Shown here piece after piece: positions 23,773 through 32,700 of a stretch of 64,000 nucleotides of DNA. The first letter of the stretch is position 1, and every line of letters begins with the position of its first letter. The notes under the pieces are model-generated. The model did no database searches. It saw only the letters and a program-made list of their open reading frames with translations, and had not been told where the DNA came from. The stretch is from sequence record PP496443.1. The stretch is one strand, 5' to 3'. The position numbers and the translations under genes are program-made.

Positions 23773-24873
23773 CTATAGGTTGCGGACTTTAATGAGGTTG
23801 CCACTGGATGCGGCGATTAACATGGTCTTGGTTAGCCCTCGCTTGCTGAAGCACAAATCGTCTTCGGCCAGCGGGCAGCTGAAATAATCATTCTTCATGA
23901 TCTCGTCGTGATCCGCCTTGCAGTGGCAGGGACGCAACTTTTCGATCTTGTCGAATGTGGTCAACAATGCTGATTTACTGCGAACTTTCAACAAGTCCCT
24001 CCAGAGCTCCCATCCCAGCTCATATTCTGCCATGAGTTTTCGCAGTTGGCGCTTCTCTTTATCTGGCAGGATATCACCCACAATAACGCGGCGATGGAAG
24101 TTGTCTCGGGTGATGTAGATCAGCATCCAGCCTTCAATGACGATGTTGTGCATCATCTCAAGCAGCACGATGTACGACTTGATCTGGGGCACGTTGGCTT
24201 TGGCCGGGAATACGCCACCTTCTTTCTGGTGCTTCATCACCTTGTAGCTAGACGTGGTCTTGTAGTCGATCACGTAGTACTTGCCGTCGAGCCAGAGCAG
24301 TCCGTCGGTGTGACCCGTGATGTTCTTGCCATATCGAACTGCCAGCTCTTCATAGCGGAAGAACTTGTGCCCACACTTGACGCACTTGCCGGGATGGGGC
24401 GAGAACTCGTGGTTGTGTTTACACTTCTTGCAGTAGTAGTCGCCGACGATGGCCCGCTTGAGGCCCTTCATAAATTTCTGGCGACTCAGCTTCTTCTTCG
24501 TGGCTGTATCAAGGACCTTGGCGTTACGGCGTGCTGAATCTCCCATAGAGAACGGGGTCAGGCTGACGGCATGCTGGAACGTCTCGTGCACCGCCGTACC
24601 GATGGACGTATAGAAGCCGCCACCGACAACTTCTTCCTCACGTTCCATAACCAGACCGCTTTCCAGCGTGGCGATGGCATGGTAGATCGGGCAGAACGGG
24701 AACGAACTAGGATGAAGATCCATCACCCGTGTTTCAGACATGTGGCGAACGTCCGTGACTTTGCACGCCTCCGCCATGATGCGTTCCATTTCTTTGAGCG
24801 CGTCGGCCATCGGACCAGATACTACCTGATGCCGACTCACTAACCCGATGTTTGCTTTTCCGAAACCTTTCAT
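23773..24873 (-). CDS. Cas4-like PD-(D/E)XK exonuclease with an inserted zinc ribbon
   Basis: HPSSFPFCP, GTAVHE, TGHTDG...IDYKT, QIKSY, C-terminal cysteines, plus a CKKC...CVKC insert. Confidence 0.8.
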   Translation of the reverse strand: MKGFGKANIGLVSRHQVVSGPMADALKEMERIMAEACKVTDVRHMSETRVMDLHPSSFPFCPIYHAIATLESGLVMEREEEVVGGGFYTSIGTAVHETFQHAVSLTPFSMGDSARRNAKVLDTATKKKLSRQKFMKGLKRAIVGDYYCKKCKHNHEFSPHPGKCVKCGHKFFRYEELAVRYGKNITGHTDGLLWLDGKYYVIDYKTTSSYKVMKHQKEGGVFPAKANVPQIKSYIVLLEMMHNIVIEGWMLIYITRDNFHRRVIVGDILPDKEKRQLRKLMAEYELGWELWRDLLKVRSKSALLTTFDKIEKLRPCHCKADHDEIMKNDYFSCPLAEDDLCFSKRGLTKTMLIAASSGNLIKVRNL

Positions 24874-24897
24874 GGGGTACTCTTTTAGGTCGGGTAA

Positions 24898-26055
24898 ATG
24901 TTCGATAATTATGGGCTATTTACCGAGGTAATGGCAATGGCCAGCCACGTCAAGCAAGATTATGCAGCGATCAGTGCGGCGCACCGTACGATCCTGCGGG
25001 AGATAGAAAGAATCCCAGGTCGCAAGAAACACAAGCCGACCAACATCGAGATTCAGTGCCCGTTCCACCCCGGAGACAATACGCCGTCCTGCGGCATTTA
25101 TATAGGCACGGGCGGCACGCTACCCCTAGGTTGGTTCTACTGTTTGGGTTGTGGTGCCAAAGGTCCGTGGAATAAGCTGGCCGAGAAGTTGAAGCTGCAA
25201 ACCATTGCAAGGTCTGATACCAAACGGGACAGTGCCTCCGTATCCAGTACGGAAATGGATCGGGCCAGATTGAAGTGTATGGGCGCTGACAAGACCGGGG
25301 TGGATCAGTATGCCAGTGTGATGCGTCTGGGAATGCCTAAGCCGTTCGACAGGCCCCAGTGGCGGGGTATCAGTGGCGCCTTGATGAGGGACTTGGGTGC
25401 ACAGATAGCGGTGGATACGACCAGCAAACGACTGCGGGAGGTACTGCTACTGCCACTAACTCTATATGGGGAATTGGTTACCGTCATCAAGGCAGCGATG
25501 TACAAAGTGAAGGGTGACCTGAGCTATGTCGTATATGACGAAGCAGATACCAAGACGAAAGGGTTGTTCGGCTTCGACCTAGTGGTGGATATGCTGAACA
25601 AAGGCAAGTATCAGTGGGTGGTGCTCGTTGAAGGCCAGCGTGATGCGTTGCGCCTGATCCAGTACGGCATCCCGGCCATCGCCATCCTTGGCACCCAGAG
25701 CTGGACAGCGGAGAAGCGTGACCTGCTGGTGGGCTTGGGTACAGGTGTGGCAGTGATGATGGACGGTGACCCGGCAGGTGTGGCAGCGGCTAGGAAGATC
25801 ATGCCGGACTTGCGCCGTCTAACAGAAGTCCGGGAAATTGATCTGATGCCGTTGACCGAGGAATTCGGACAGAAGGTGGACCCCGGCAACATGCCCATCT
25901 GGAAAATCAAGGAGCTGCAGGCGCTAAATGTCAGCAGCCGTAAACTTCGGGGGCGCAGAGTTCCCCGGTACAGTCGCAGGCAGGAACGTGTCGATAAGCA
26001 AACACGTCAAGGCCAAGTTAATCGATATCAAGTTGAACTGGAGCAGTCAGAATGA
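24898..26055 (+). CDS. dnaG: DnaG-type DNA primase (start possibly 24931)
   Basis: Zn finger CPFH...TPS...FYCLGC; TOPRIM LVEGQRDAL and MMDGDPAG. Confidence 0.9.
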   Translation: MFDNYGLFTEVMAMASHVKQDYAAISAAHRTILREIERIPGRKKHKPTNIEIQCPFHPGDNTPSCGIYIGTGGTLPLGWFYCLGCGAKGPWNKLAEKLKLQTIARSDTKRDSASVSSTEMDRARLKCMGADKTGVDQYASVMRLGMPKPFDRPQWRGISGALMRDLGAQIAVDTTSKRLREVLLLPLTLYGELVTVIKAAMYKVKGDLSYVVYDEADTKTKGLFGFDLVVDMLNKGKYQWVVLVEGQRDALRLIQYGIPAIAILGTQSWTAEKRDLLVGLGTGVAVMMDGDPAGVAAARKIMPDLRRLTEVREIDLMPLTEEFGQKVDPGNMPIWKIKELQALNVSSRKLRGRRVPRYSRRQERVDKQTRQGQVNRYQVELEQSE

Positions 26056-26996
26056 AACGTAGTTCATGGGGTGCCATCTTTCGCTACACGTGGGCGGACA
26101 TGTTCAAGGGCATGGGGCCAGATTGGGCTCGTACGTGGAAAGATATACACGGGAGTATATACGGACCCAATACGCCACTTACGTGGGTTCTTAAAGCGAT
26201 CATCACCGTTATGATCATCTTAGTGTCCATGGTGGTGTTCGTTATCCCCTTGATGATCACCGTATTCTTTGGTAACCTTTGGGAGAACTACAGACGGTTC
26301 CGGACTCCAGACACGCACTATGCTGCCGGTCGCCGTACGAGAAGAAAGCTTGATCTCCTCCTTCGTGCGTATAACGTCGTAGATGTAGATAGGCAGAAAG
26401 GAACTCGGCCAATGATACGAGACGTATCCTTCGATCCGTTCTGGGGTGATTTCGTTCGACGGTGGATCTCCGTATCTTACGATAAACCTGTGAATTACGA
26501 CCATATCCCCAAACCGGATACGTCCGGGGTCATTCCAGCCGTGCACCCGCTTGTGCGTAACGCTGCAGGCGGGGTTTCCGACATTCCAGCGCCCCAACGT
26601 ACCCCGCCCCGCGTATCGAAGCGCCTGCGGCTTCCTGTGAAGCTCGTTCCCGTGTCCGTGGATGTCACTATGACGGAAGGGGAGACTTGGATTGACCCAA
26701 GCACACTCCCTGAGATGTATAGGATGTCCTTAGTTGGAGGCGGTGGACGGTCGATACAGGCGGAAGCGGGCACTGAACTCCGCCCAGGTCAGTTGGTTGT
26801 CCTTGAACGGGGTAAGGCATATCCCGTGTTAACGACTGCGGAGATCAACCGCCGCAAGTCCATACAGGAACAGGTGGTGCAGGAGTTCCTCGGTATGTTG
26901 GAACCAGACATGGCTGACTACAAATTCTCCTTCGGTCGGATGGGCACCGTGGAAGGTATGACGATCCACTGTGACCTGAGTAGACCCGAACAGTAA
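26052..26996 (+). CDS. Hypothetical membrane protein
   Basis: Long hydrophobic stretch at about aa 44-75; ATGA overlap with the primase. Confidence 0.7.
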   Translation: MKRSSWGAIFRYTWADMFKGMGPDWARTWKDIHGSIYGPNTPLTWVLKAIITVMIILVSMVVFVIPLMITVFFGNLWENYRRFRTPDTHYAAGRRTRRKLDLLLRAYNVVDVDRQKGTRPMIRDVSFDPFWGDFVRRWISVSYDKPVNYDHIPKPDTSGVIPAVHPLVRNAAGGVSDIPAPQRTPPRVSKRLRLPVKLVPVSVDVTMTEGETWIDPSTLPEMYRMSLVGGGGRSIQAEAGTELRPGQLVVLERGKAYPVLTTAEINRRKSIQEQVVQEFLGMLEPDMADYKFSFGRMGTVEGMTIHCDLSRPEQ

Positions 26997-27060
26997 GAAA
27001 TAAAAACCCCCAAGCATTCTCGGACATAGCGCCGGTGGCTTGGGGGTTTTTATTTCTTAC
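26993..27060. terminator. Bidirectional terminator formed by a perfect 23-bp inverted repeat
   Basis: GTAAGAAATAAAAACCCCCAAGC (26993-27015) and its exact reverse complement (27038-27060), between convergent genes. Confidence 0.85.
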
Positions 27061-27503
27061 TTGACAGCTCCGCCGACAATTGCGGCAGCAGGGCTGTACT
27101 TCGCCATCGGGTCTTCCGGCAAGGGAACGTCTTTGCACTGGTCCTCCTTGAGGTCACGCCGGTAGTAGCACAGGAGTACCTTGTCCGACTTGATGTACCC
27201 CATGATCGATTGCAGATTGACACCCATGCTCAGGTAGTCCTGCCATGACAATGCCACGAACGTGGTCTTTCCGTCAGCCACTTGCTTCTCGAACTCATCG
27301 ATGTTCTTGTCGCTGACCACTTTCCACGTGACCGGCTTAAGGCTTAGCGGCTGCTGCCTTGGTGGATGGAACTGGGGGATTACTCCCGCATCTTCCGCCG
27401 GTTGCACATTGGAGGTCGTTGAGCACGCTGTTAGAAGCATTGTTAATACGACGCTCAACAAGGGTAGGCTTCTTACGTACGACTTCTTCAGTCTTTTTAT
27501 CAC
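27057..27503 (-). CDS. Outer-membrane spanin (Rz1-like lipoprotein)
   Basis: GTG 27503 with GGAG RBS; signal peptide ending in lipobox LTA-C; Pro-rich; overlaps the i-spanin 3' end in another frame. Confidence 0.8.
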   Translation of the reverse strand: MIKRLKKSYVRSLPLLSVVLTMLLTACSTTSNVQPAEDAGVIPQFHPPRQQPLSLKPVTWKVVSDKNIDEFEKQVADGKTTFVALSWQDYLSMGVNLQSIMGYIKSDKVLLCYYRRDLKEDQCKDVPLPEDPMAKYSPAAAIVGGAVK

Positions 27504-27840
27504 GGTGACTCTCCAATTTATCGGTAGCGGTTTCTTTCTCACTGCGGATGATGTTCAACTGCTCGTTGACCGCGTTGGCAAAGAGTTGGGTAGACGTGGC
27601 GGAAGTCTGTAGCCGGGAAATCTGGAACGCGGCTTGACCCAGTTGCAGGTCACGTTGCGCGATAGTTCCCGCCTGCTTTTGGTTTTCTTCCTGAAGATGA
27701 TACACCACGAGAATGCTGGCACCCAGTAGCGTTGCCAGAACAAGCGTAACCCCGATCATCACCTTTCCCAGCATTGAACCGATAAGGCTCTTGCTGCCGG
27801 TAACCACCGCTTCCTCCACGGTATCGATCACGTTACTCAT
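27337..27840 (-). CDS. Inner-membrane spanin (Rz-like)
   Basis: Single N-terminal TM followed by a coiled coil; partly overlaps the lipoprotein gene. Confidence 0.8.
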   Translation of the reverse strand: MSNVIDTVEEAVVTGSKSLIGSMLGKVMIGVTLVLATLLGASILVVYHLQEENQKQAGTIAQRDLQLGQAAFQISRLQTSATSTQLFANAVNEQLNIIRSEKETATDKLESHRDKKTEEVVRKKPTLVERRINNASNSVLNDLQCATGGRCGSNPPVPSTKAAAAKP

Positions 27841-28153
27841 TGGTAGGATCTCTAGTTATGATTACAGATGGGGGAGGGCCATTGTCGAACTTCCCGTTAG
27901 GTCCGGTTTCCACGTAGAACTTGAAATAGGCCGCAGCAGAGCCGACGGTGGCAGCTAAGATTGCAGCAGCCCCCAGCCCATCCATGGACGACGCCTTCAT
28001 CCAGTTGATAACATCAAATGACAGCTTCATCCAGAAGAACAGCAGCAGGATGGGGAAGATCCGCCATGCGACCATGATGTATTGCACGTGGTCCACGAAA
28101 GACCTGAACCACGGATTTAGTTGTTGCGGATCAGGTTTCTGTGACGAAGCCAT
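27833..28153 (-). CDS. Putative holin
   Basis: 106 aa with 2 TM segments (WRIFPILLLFFW..., AAAILAATVGSAAAYF), located between the amidase and the spanins. Confidence 0.65.
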   Translation of the reverse strand: MASSQKPDPQQLNPWFRSFVDHVQYIMVAWRIFPILLLFFWMKLSFDVINWMKASSMDGLGAAAILAATVGSAAAYFKFYVETGPNGKFDNGPPPSVIITRDPTNE

Positions 28154-28625
28154 ACGGCACCCCTTGTAGTGACTGCACTAGATCTTGTACGTCGAAGCAT
28201 GGACTCTCCGTCGGCGGCTGTCCTTCCACCTGGGGATGTTCCTTGGCCCCGCGTATCTCCGTGATGGGAATCCTGTACTTGCTGACCAAACTGTCCAGCA
28301 GATAACACAGCGACTCTTTCTGCACCGGCGTGAAGTTGTCCACCCACTCGCCTTTGTTGTTCAAGCCCCCGATCAAGCAGATACCCAAGTTGCCCTGAGC
28401 CTTGTTCGGGGTGTGCATGCCGATCGACCTGTCGTCCCGACCATTGATCACGTTCCCGTTTGGAAGAATCAGGTAGTGGAAGTCAATGAACAGTCCGGTG
28501 TGTGAACACTTGCGCTTCGGGTCTGACTGGCAGGACTTCATAGTCTGGGAGTTCAGGAATTCAAGCCATGAGAACCCCGTCATCTTTTCAGTCCCGGAGC
28601 AATGGATTGTTACCTCTGAGATCAT
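28131..28625 (-). CDS. N-acetylmuramoyl-L-alanine amidase homologue (T7 lysozyme/PGRP fold) with degenerate active site
   Basis: TIHCSGT, DFHYLILPNG..I.GRD, IGMH, LGICLIGG and FTPVQKESL align to T7 lysozyme, but GH is replaced by GA and KxCP by TESP. Confidence 0.85.
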   Translation of the reverse strand: MISEVTIHCSGTEKMTGFSWLEFLNSQTMKSCQSDPKRKCSHTGLFIDFHYLILPNGNVINGRDDRSIGMHTPNKAQGNLGICLIGGLNNKGEWVDNFTPVQKESLCYLLDSLVSKYRIPITEIRGAKEHPQVEGQPPTESPCFDVQDLVQSLQGVPYGFVTET

Positions 28626-29092
28626 TATAACTCCCCTTGTAGCAATTGGCGGGTGTTGCCAGTCTTCCCGGTCAAGCCAAGGTTCTTGGTGAAGAAGTCG
28701 AACAGGACTTTGCCCGTGACCGCGTGGTTCTTAGGCATAACTTCCACCCCGTTCTCGCGAAGGCACTCGGAGATGAGTTCGAAGCAGTACCACCTGTCCT
28801 TGGAGTGAATGTGCAGGAACCACAAGGCGATCCCGAGGAAGTCGTACTTACGGCCTCTGTTCCGTAGCAAGAATTCCTTGGCATCCATCTGTGGGAAGTC
28901 GAACACCATGATGGTGCGATCCATCTCATGCTCCGGGAACGTGTTGATGTCGAGGTGACCCCGAGCCATGTTCGAGTCCCAGACTTCGTCTCCCTGCACA
29001 ATGGACGCATGCGAAACAGGATAGCCTGTGCCGATACTGACAGCCATCGATGCGATATCGTAGACATAGGCTTGATGAAGAATAACGCGCAT
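28625..29092 (-). CDS. Permuted papain-like NlpC/P60 (YiiX/YaeF-like) enzyme
   Basis: SHASI (His), GRKYDFLG, and WYCFEL (Cys after His, the permuted order). Confidence 0.75.
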   Translation of the reverse strand: MRVILHQAYVYDIASMAVSIGTGYPVSHASIVQGDEVWDSNMARGHLDINTFPEHEMDRTIMVFDFPQMDAKEFLLRNRGRKYDFLGIALWFLHIHSKDRWYCFELISECLRENGVEVMPKNHAVTGKVLFDFFTKNLGLTGKTGNTRQLLQGEL

Positions 29093-29177
29093 GATCCTAA
29101 CCTTCCCTTTTGAACTGACTTACTGGTACCTGTATGATGTTTCGGATTGGGATAGGCAATCCTTTGCCTGTTCTTGC

Positions 29178-29738
29178 TTACCAGACGATAACGTTCAACT
29201 GTTCCCGAGTTTCTGCCACTTTTATCTGGTTTTCCAGCTGATCTTTCTTGACCAGCGTATCCAGTATAAAGGATTTGGCATCTTGCCCCACCTTTTGAAT
29301 CTGGTCCTTGTTGTGCATCCGGTACTGACTCACGTTGTCCGAATCGGTGCACCAGAACGGAGTCTGCCAGTTTTCATCTTTACTCAACAGCGAATCCACG
29401 ACGGATGCTGTCAGGTTGGCCTGATCTGTAACCTTGGACGGGTACGTGTAAGACTTGCCCAGCGCCGTGCTGACAAAGCCACTGGTGATCGCCACGGCAC
29501 ACGCCTTGGCAATGATGTCCAGCTTGTTCTCTCGCAACGATTCCACGTCGATCATCTCAACTGGGGTAAGAGGCGCTTCGAACTGACCAGAACGGTATGT
29601 CCACCCCACTTGAACAGGTGAATCGTCGCGAAGGCGTTGAAGCGTTCGGTTTGCTTCAGGTTTCCAATCGGATATACCATCCCACATCGCAATAGATTCC
29701 ACGACGCCCTTGTAGATTACTGCGTAGTTGTCACTCAT
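29178..29738 (-). CDS. Tail fibre assembly protein (DUF4376-like)
   Basis: IAMWDG.S.W N terminus; KLDIIAKACAVAITSGF...YPS...DQANL...FWC; directly downstream of the fibre gene. Confidence 0.8.
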   Translation of the reverse strand: MSDNYAVIYKGVVESIAMWDGISDWKPEANRTLQRLRDDSPVQVGWTYRSGQFEAPLTPVEMIDVESLRENKLDIIAKACAVAITSGFVSTALGKSYTYPSKVTDQANLTASVVDSLLSKDENWQTPFWCTDSDNVSQYRMHNKDQIQKVGQDAKSFILDTLVKKDQLENQIKVAETREQLNVIVW

Positions 29739-29748
29739 TGTATCTCCT

Positions 29749-29770
29749 TAACTGGGCCGAAGCCCAGTTA
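29749..29770 (-). promoter_or_regulatory. C(UUCG)G tetraloop hairpin abutting an RBS
   Basis: Minus strand TAACTGGGC-TTCG-GCCCAGTTA, immediately followed by AGGAGA and the ATG of the fibre chaperone. No U-tract. Confidence 0.65.
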
Positions 29771-29790
29771 TCTAACTTGGGTATTGAGGG

Positions 29791-32700
29791 TTACCACTGG
29801 AGGAAGATTACGCCTGATTTACCCGCGCTGCCGTTCCCGCCTTTTGCCGCGCTGACGTTGGCGTAGTTCTGGCGAGTATACGCACCGCCACCGCCACCGC
29901 CACCTGCACCGTAACCAATCGAGGCTGAACCGTTGCTACCCGGACCGTTGGCCTGACGACCACCACCACCGCCCGTACCCCAAGGAGTACCTGCACCGGC
30001 ACCGCCCGCACCACCCAGATACAAGCCGGGGGCGTCTTGTCCGTCGGTAACACCGGGGACAAGGCTGATACCGCCTGCACCGGAAGAAGTACCACCGTAC
30101 GCCCCCCGTGTGCCGCCGCCCAAAGTAAGAAGTGTGGTAGATCCGAGTTTGAACGTGGTAGCACTACCGTTACCTCCCAGAGCACCTGCACCCGCCTCAC
30201 TACCTACCACACCTTGGGCCAAAGCCGGGCCACCATTACCGCCTGCGCCACCGCCACCGATGGTAATGGTATAGGTGCTTCCCGGTACTACCGTGATCGG
30301 AGTAAGAACTGCATACGTACCACAACCACCACCCGAACCCCCACCTGCGCCACTGTCTGAGGCGCCACCGCCACCCGCACCACCGCCACCGCCACCGCAA
30401 CCCGAAAGGTAAACAGTGGTCACACCTGCTGGACACAACCAAGAGCCGCTAGCAGTAAACGTCTGAACGCCGGTGAATTGTCCGATCATGTCTTGCGGAG
30501 CAACAATCGAACCTCGGTCAACGATCCAGTAGGAGGTGCCACTTGTTGCCAGCTCCAATGTCTCCAGTGGTTGCATGGTGATCTGCTGCACCGAACCAGA
30601 GTCACTGATGGTTGCACCGGACGGAGCTACAATAGTCTGAACCGTGGAAGTCGGGTTGCGGAACACGAAGGTTGCACCCGGAAGCAACGTGGTAGGATCT
30701 GGGAGCGTTACTGTGATTCCACTACCCGCCAGGTTCAACCAGTAGCCGGAATGCGAGACGTCCAACGTGATGCTGGCGGATACCCCGACACCGACACCTT
30801 TGAACTTACGCGACTGCGAGAAGTTCAAGTTCTGTGCATAGGCCGTGTTAGCCAGACGAGTGCTGTTGTCCGTGGTAGGTGGTGTAGGTGCGGTCGGAGT
30901 TCCGATTAAGGAAGGCGAGTCAGTGGCTACCGCCTCGTTCCACGCAGTCCAGTTTCCACCTGCCTGACTCCGCCAGAACATCCTGTTGTTGGAGTTAAGA
31001 GCAGTAGCAATCTGTAGGCAACCCCCACCGTTGTAGGGGACCACGATGACTGAGAAGTTAGACGAGATCGGAATGTTGGCCGTGGTAGACTGAGCGCGGT
31101 ACAAGCCACCCAATACAGCCTGGTTCATGTCGTTGCCGGTGACGATGTTGCTGACCAGCGTGCCCAGGCCCCATGATGCCAACTGGTTCTGAACGAACGC
31201 GGTGTTGGCGATGGTCAGGTCGGTATCACCCAGCGCAGCTGTAGGGGCCTGCGGGTCACCAGTGAATACCGGAGAGTCAGTAGCTGCCAGTTCTCTCCAT
31301 GGGAACCATGCACCATCATGCTTGACCCGCGTGAAGGTACGGTTGCGGCCCGACGGGAAGATCGAGCTGGCGTACTGCGTTACTCGAAACGCCCCAGGTA
31401 CACCAATGGTGATCAGGGTGAAGGCTACTGCTGTCGTACCCGCAACACCCAAGAGTGGACGGTTGTAGGTGGTCGAGTTGGTTTCCGTACCTTCGGCCTT
31501 AACGAAGGAGTTCAACGGGGCGTCGTTGAAGTTCAGAGTGTCGCCGCTGATCGCGGAACCACCCAACCCAGATGCACCCATCAAACCTTGCACGAAAGCG
31601 GTGTTGGCAATACTCAGGTCGTTGTCTGCCAACGATGCTGTAGGAGCCTTTGGATCGCCAGTGAACGTCGGCGAATCCAGGCTTGCAATTTCACGCCATT
31701 GCGACCATTGAGTAACGCTGTTTACCTGCCCGTTGGACACCCGCTGGAACATGCGGTTGTTAGCCTGCGGCATGAAAATCTGCTGGGTGTAATACAGAGC
31801 GTTAGTGGCAACAATCACAACGCCGGACAGATAGTTCACGCCGTTGATCGTGATAGTCGAACTAACCTGATACGTACCACCCTCGGTTAGCGTACCAACG
31901 TCGGCAACAGTATCGTCCATGTCTGACGTACCAATACCGTACCGCGCCAAGACATTTCGGACGAAGTTCGTGGTAGCAACCGAGGTATCGTTATCCGTGG
32001 TTACCGGCGTCGGAGCCTTAGGATCCCCAGTGAAGACCGGGGAGTCCAGCGCTGCGAACTCTTTCCACCCACCCCACGAATTCGACGCACGAACACGCCA
32101 GAAGATGCGGGTAGGGTTCAACGGTGATGCCCAGATCTGCAACGCGGCGCTGCCATCCCCAAACGGGGTATGGATCATCAGGCCGTTAGACGCAATCGGA
32201 ACACCGGTGGCAGTGGTAGAGGAGTTGTAGTAGAAACCACCTGCACCCACGGCGTTAAGGTCTGTGACGTTCGCAGCATTCGGCGTACCGATACCGAACA
32301 GGGCCATTGCTGCTCTTACGAACGCAGTGTTTGCCACCGAGGTATCTATGTCACCTGCCGCTGCCGTCGGGGCCTTGGGGTCGCCCGTGAACGTTGGCGA
32401 GTCAATTGTCGCTCTCAGAGCAATGGCGTTGTTGACCGTGGTCGCGAAGTTGGGATCGTCTCCCAGTGCCGCAGCCAGTTCGTTCAAGGTGTCCAATGCT
32501 CCCGGCGAAGAGTCGATCAGCGCAGCAATCGCCAGCTTCACGAAGGCCGTGGTAGCAACCGAGTTGTCATTATCTGTAAGCGGCGGAGTTGGTGCCTTGG
32601 GATCACCAGTGAACGTCGGACTGTTGATCGGTGCGTACGCCGTCAGGTCAACTCGGGTACTGCTTACGAGTTGGAAGCTCGCCCCGTCGTAGAACACGTC

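Noticed and set aside
23773-24873. CRISPR-Cas system suggested by the Cas4-like gene
   Set aside because: No repeat-spacer array, cas1/cas2 or effector genes are present; solo Cas4-like nucleases are common in phages.
28672-29352. 226 aa minus-strand ORF
   Set aside because: Alternative frame across two supported genes and their intergenic gap; not protein-like.
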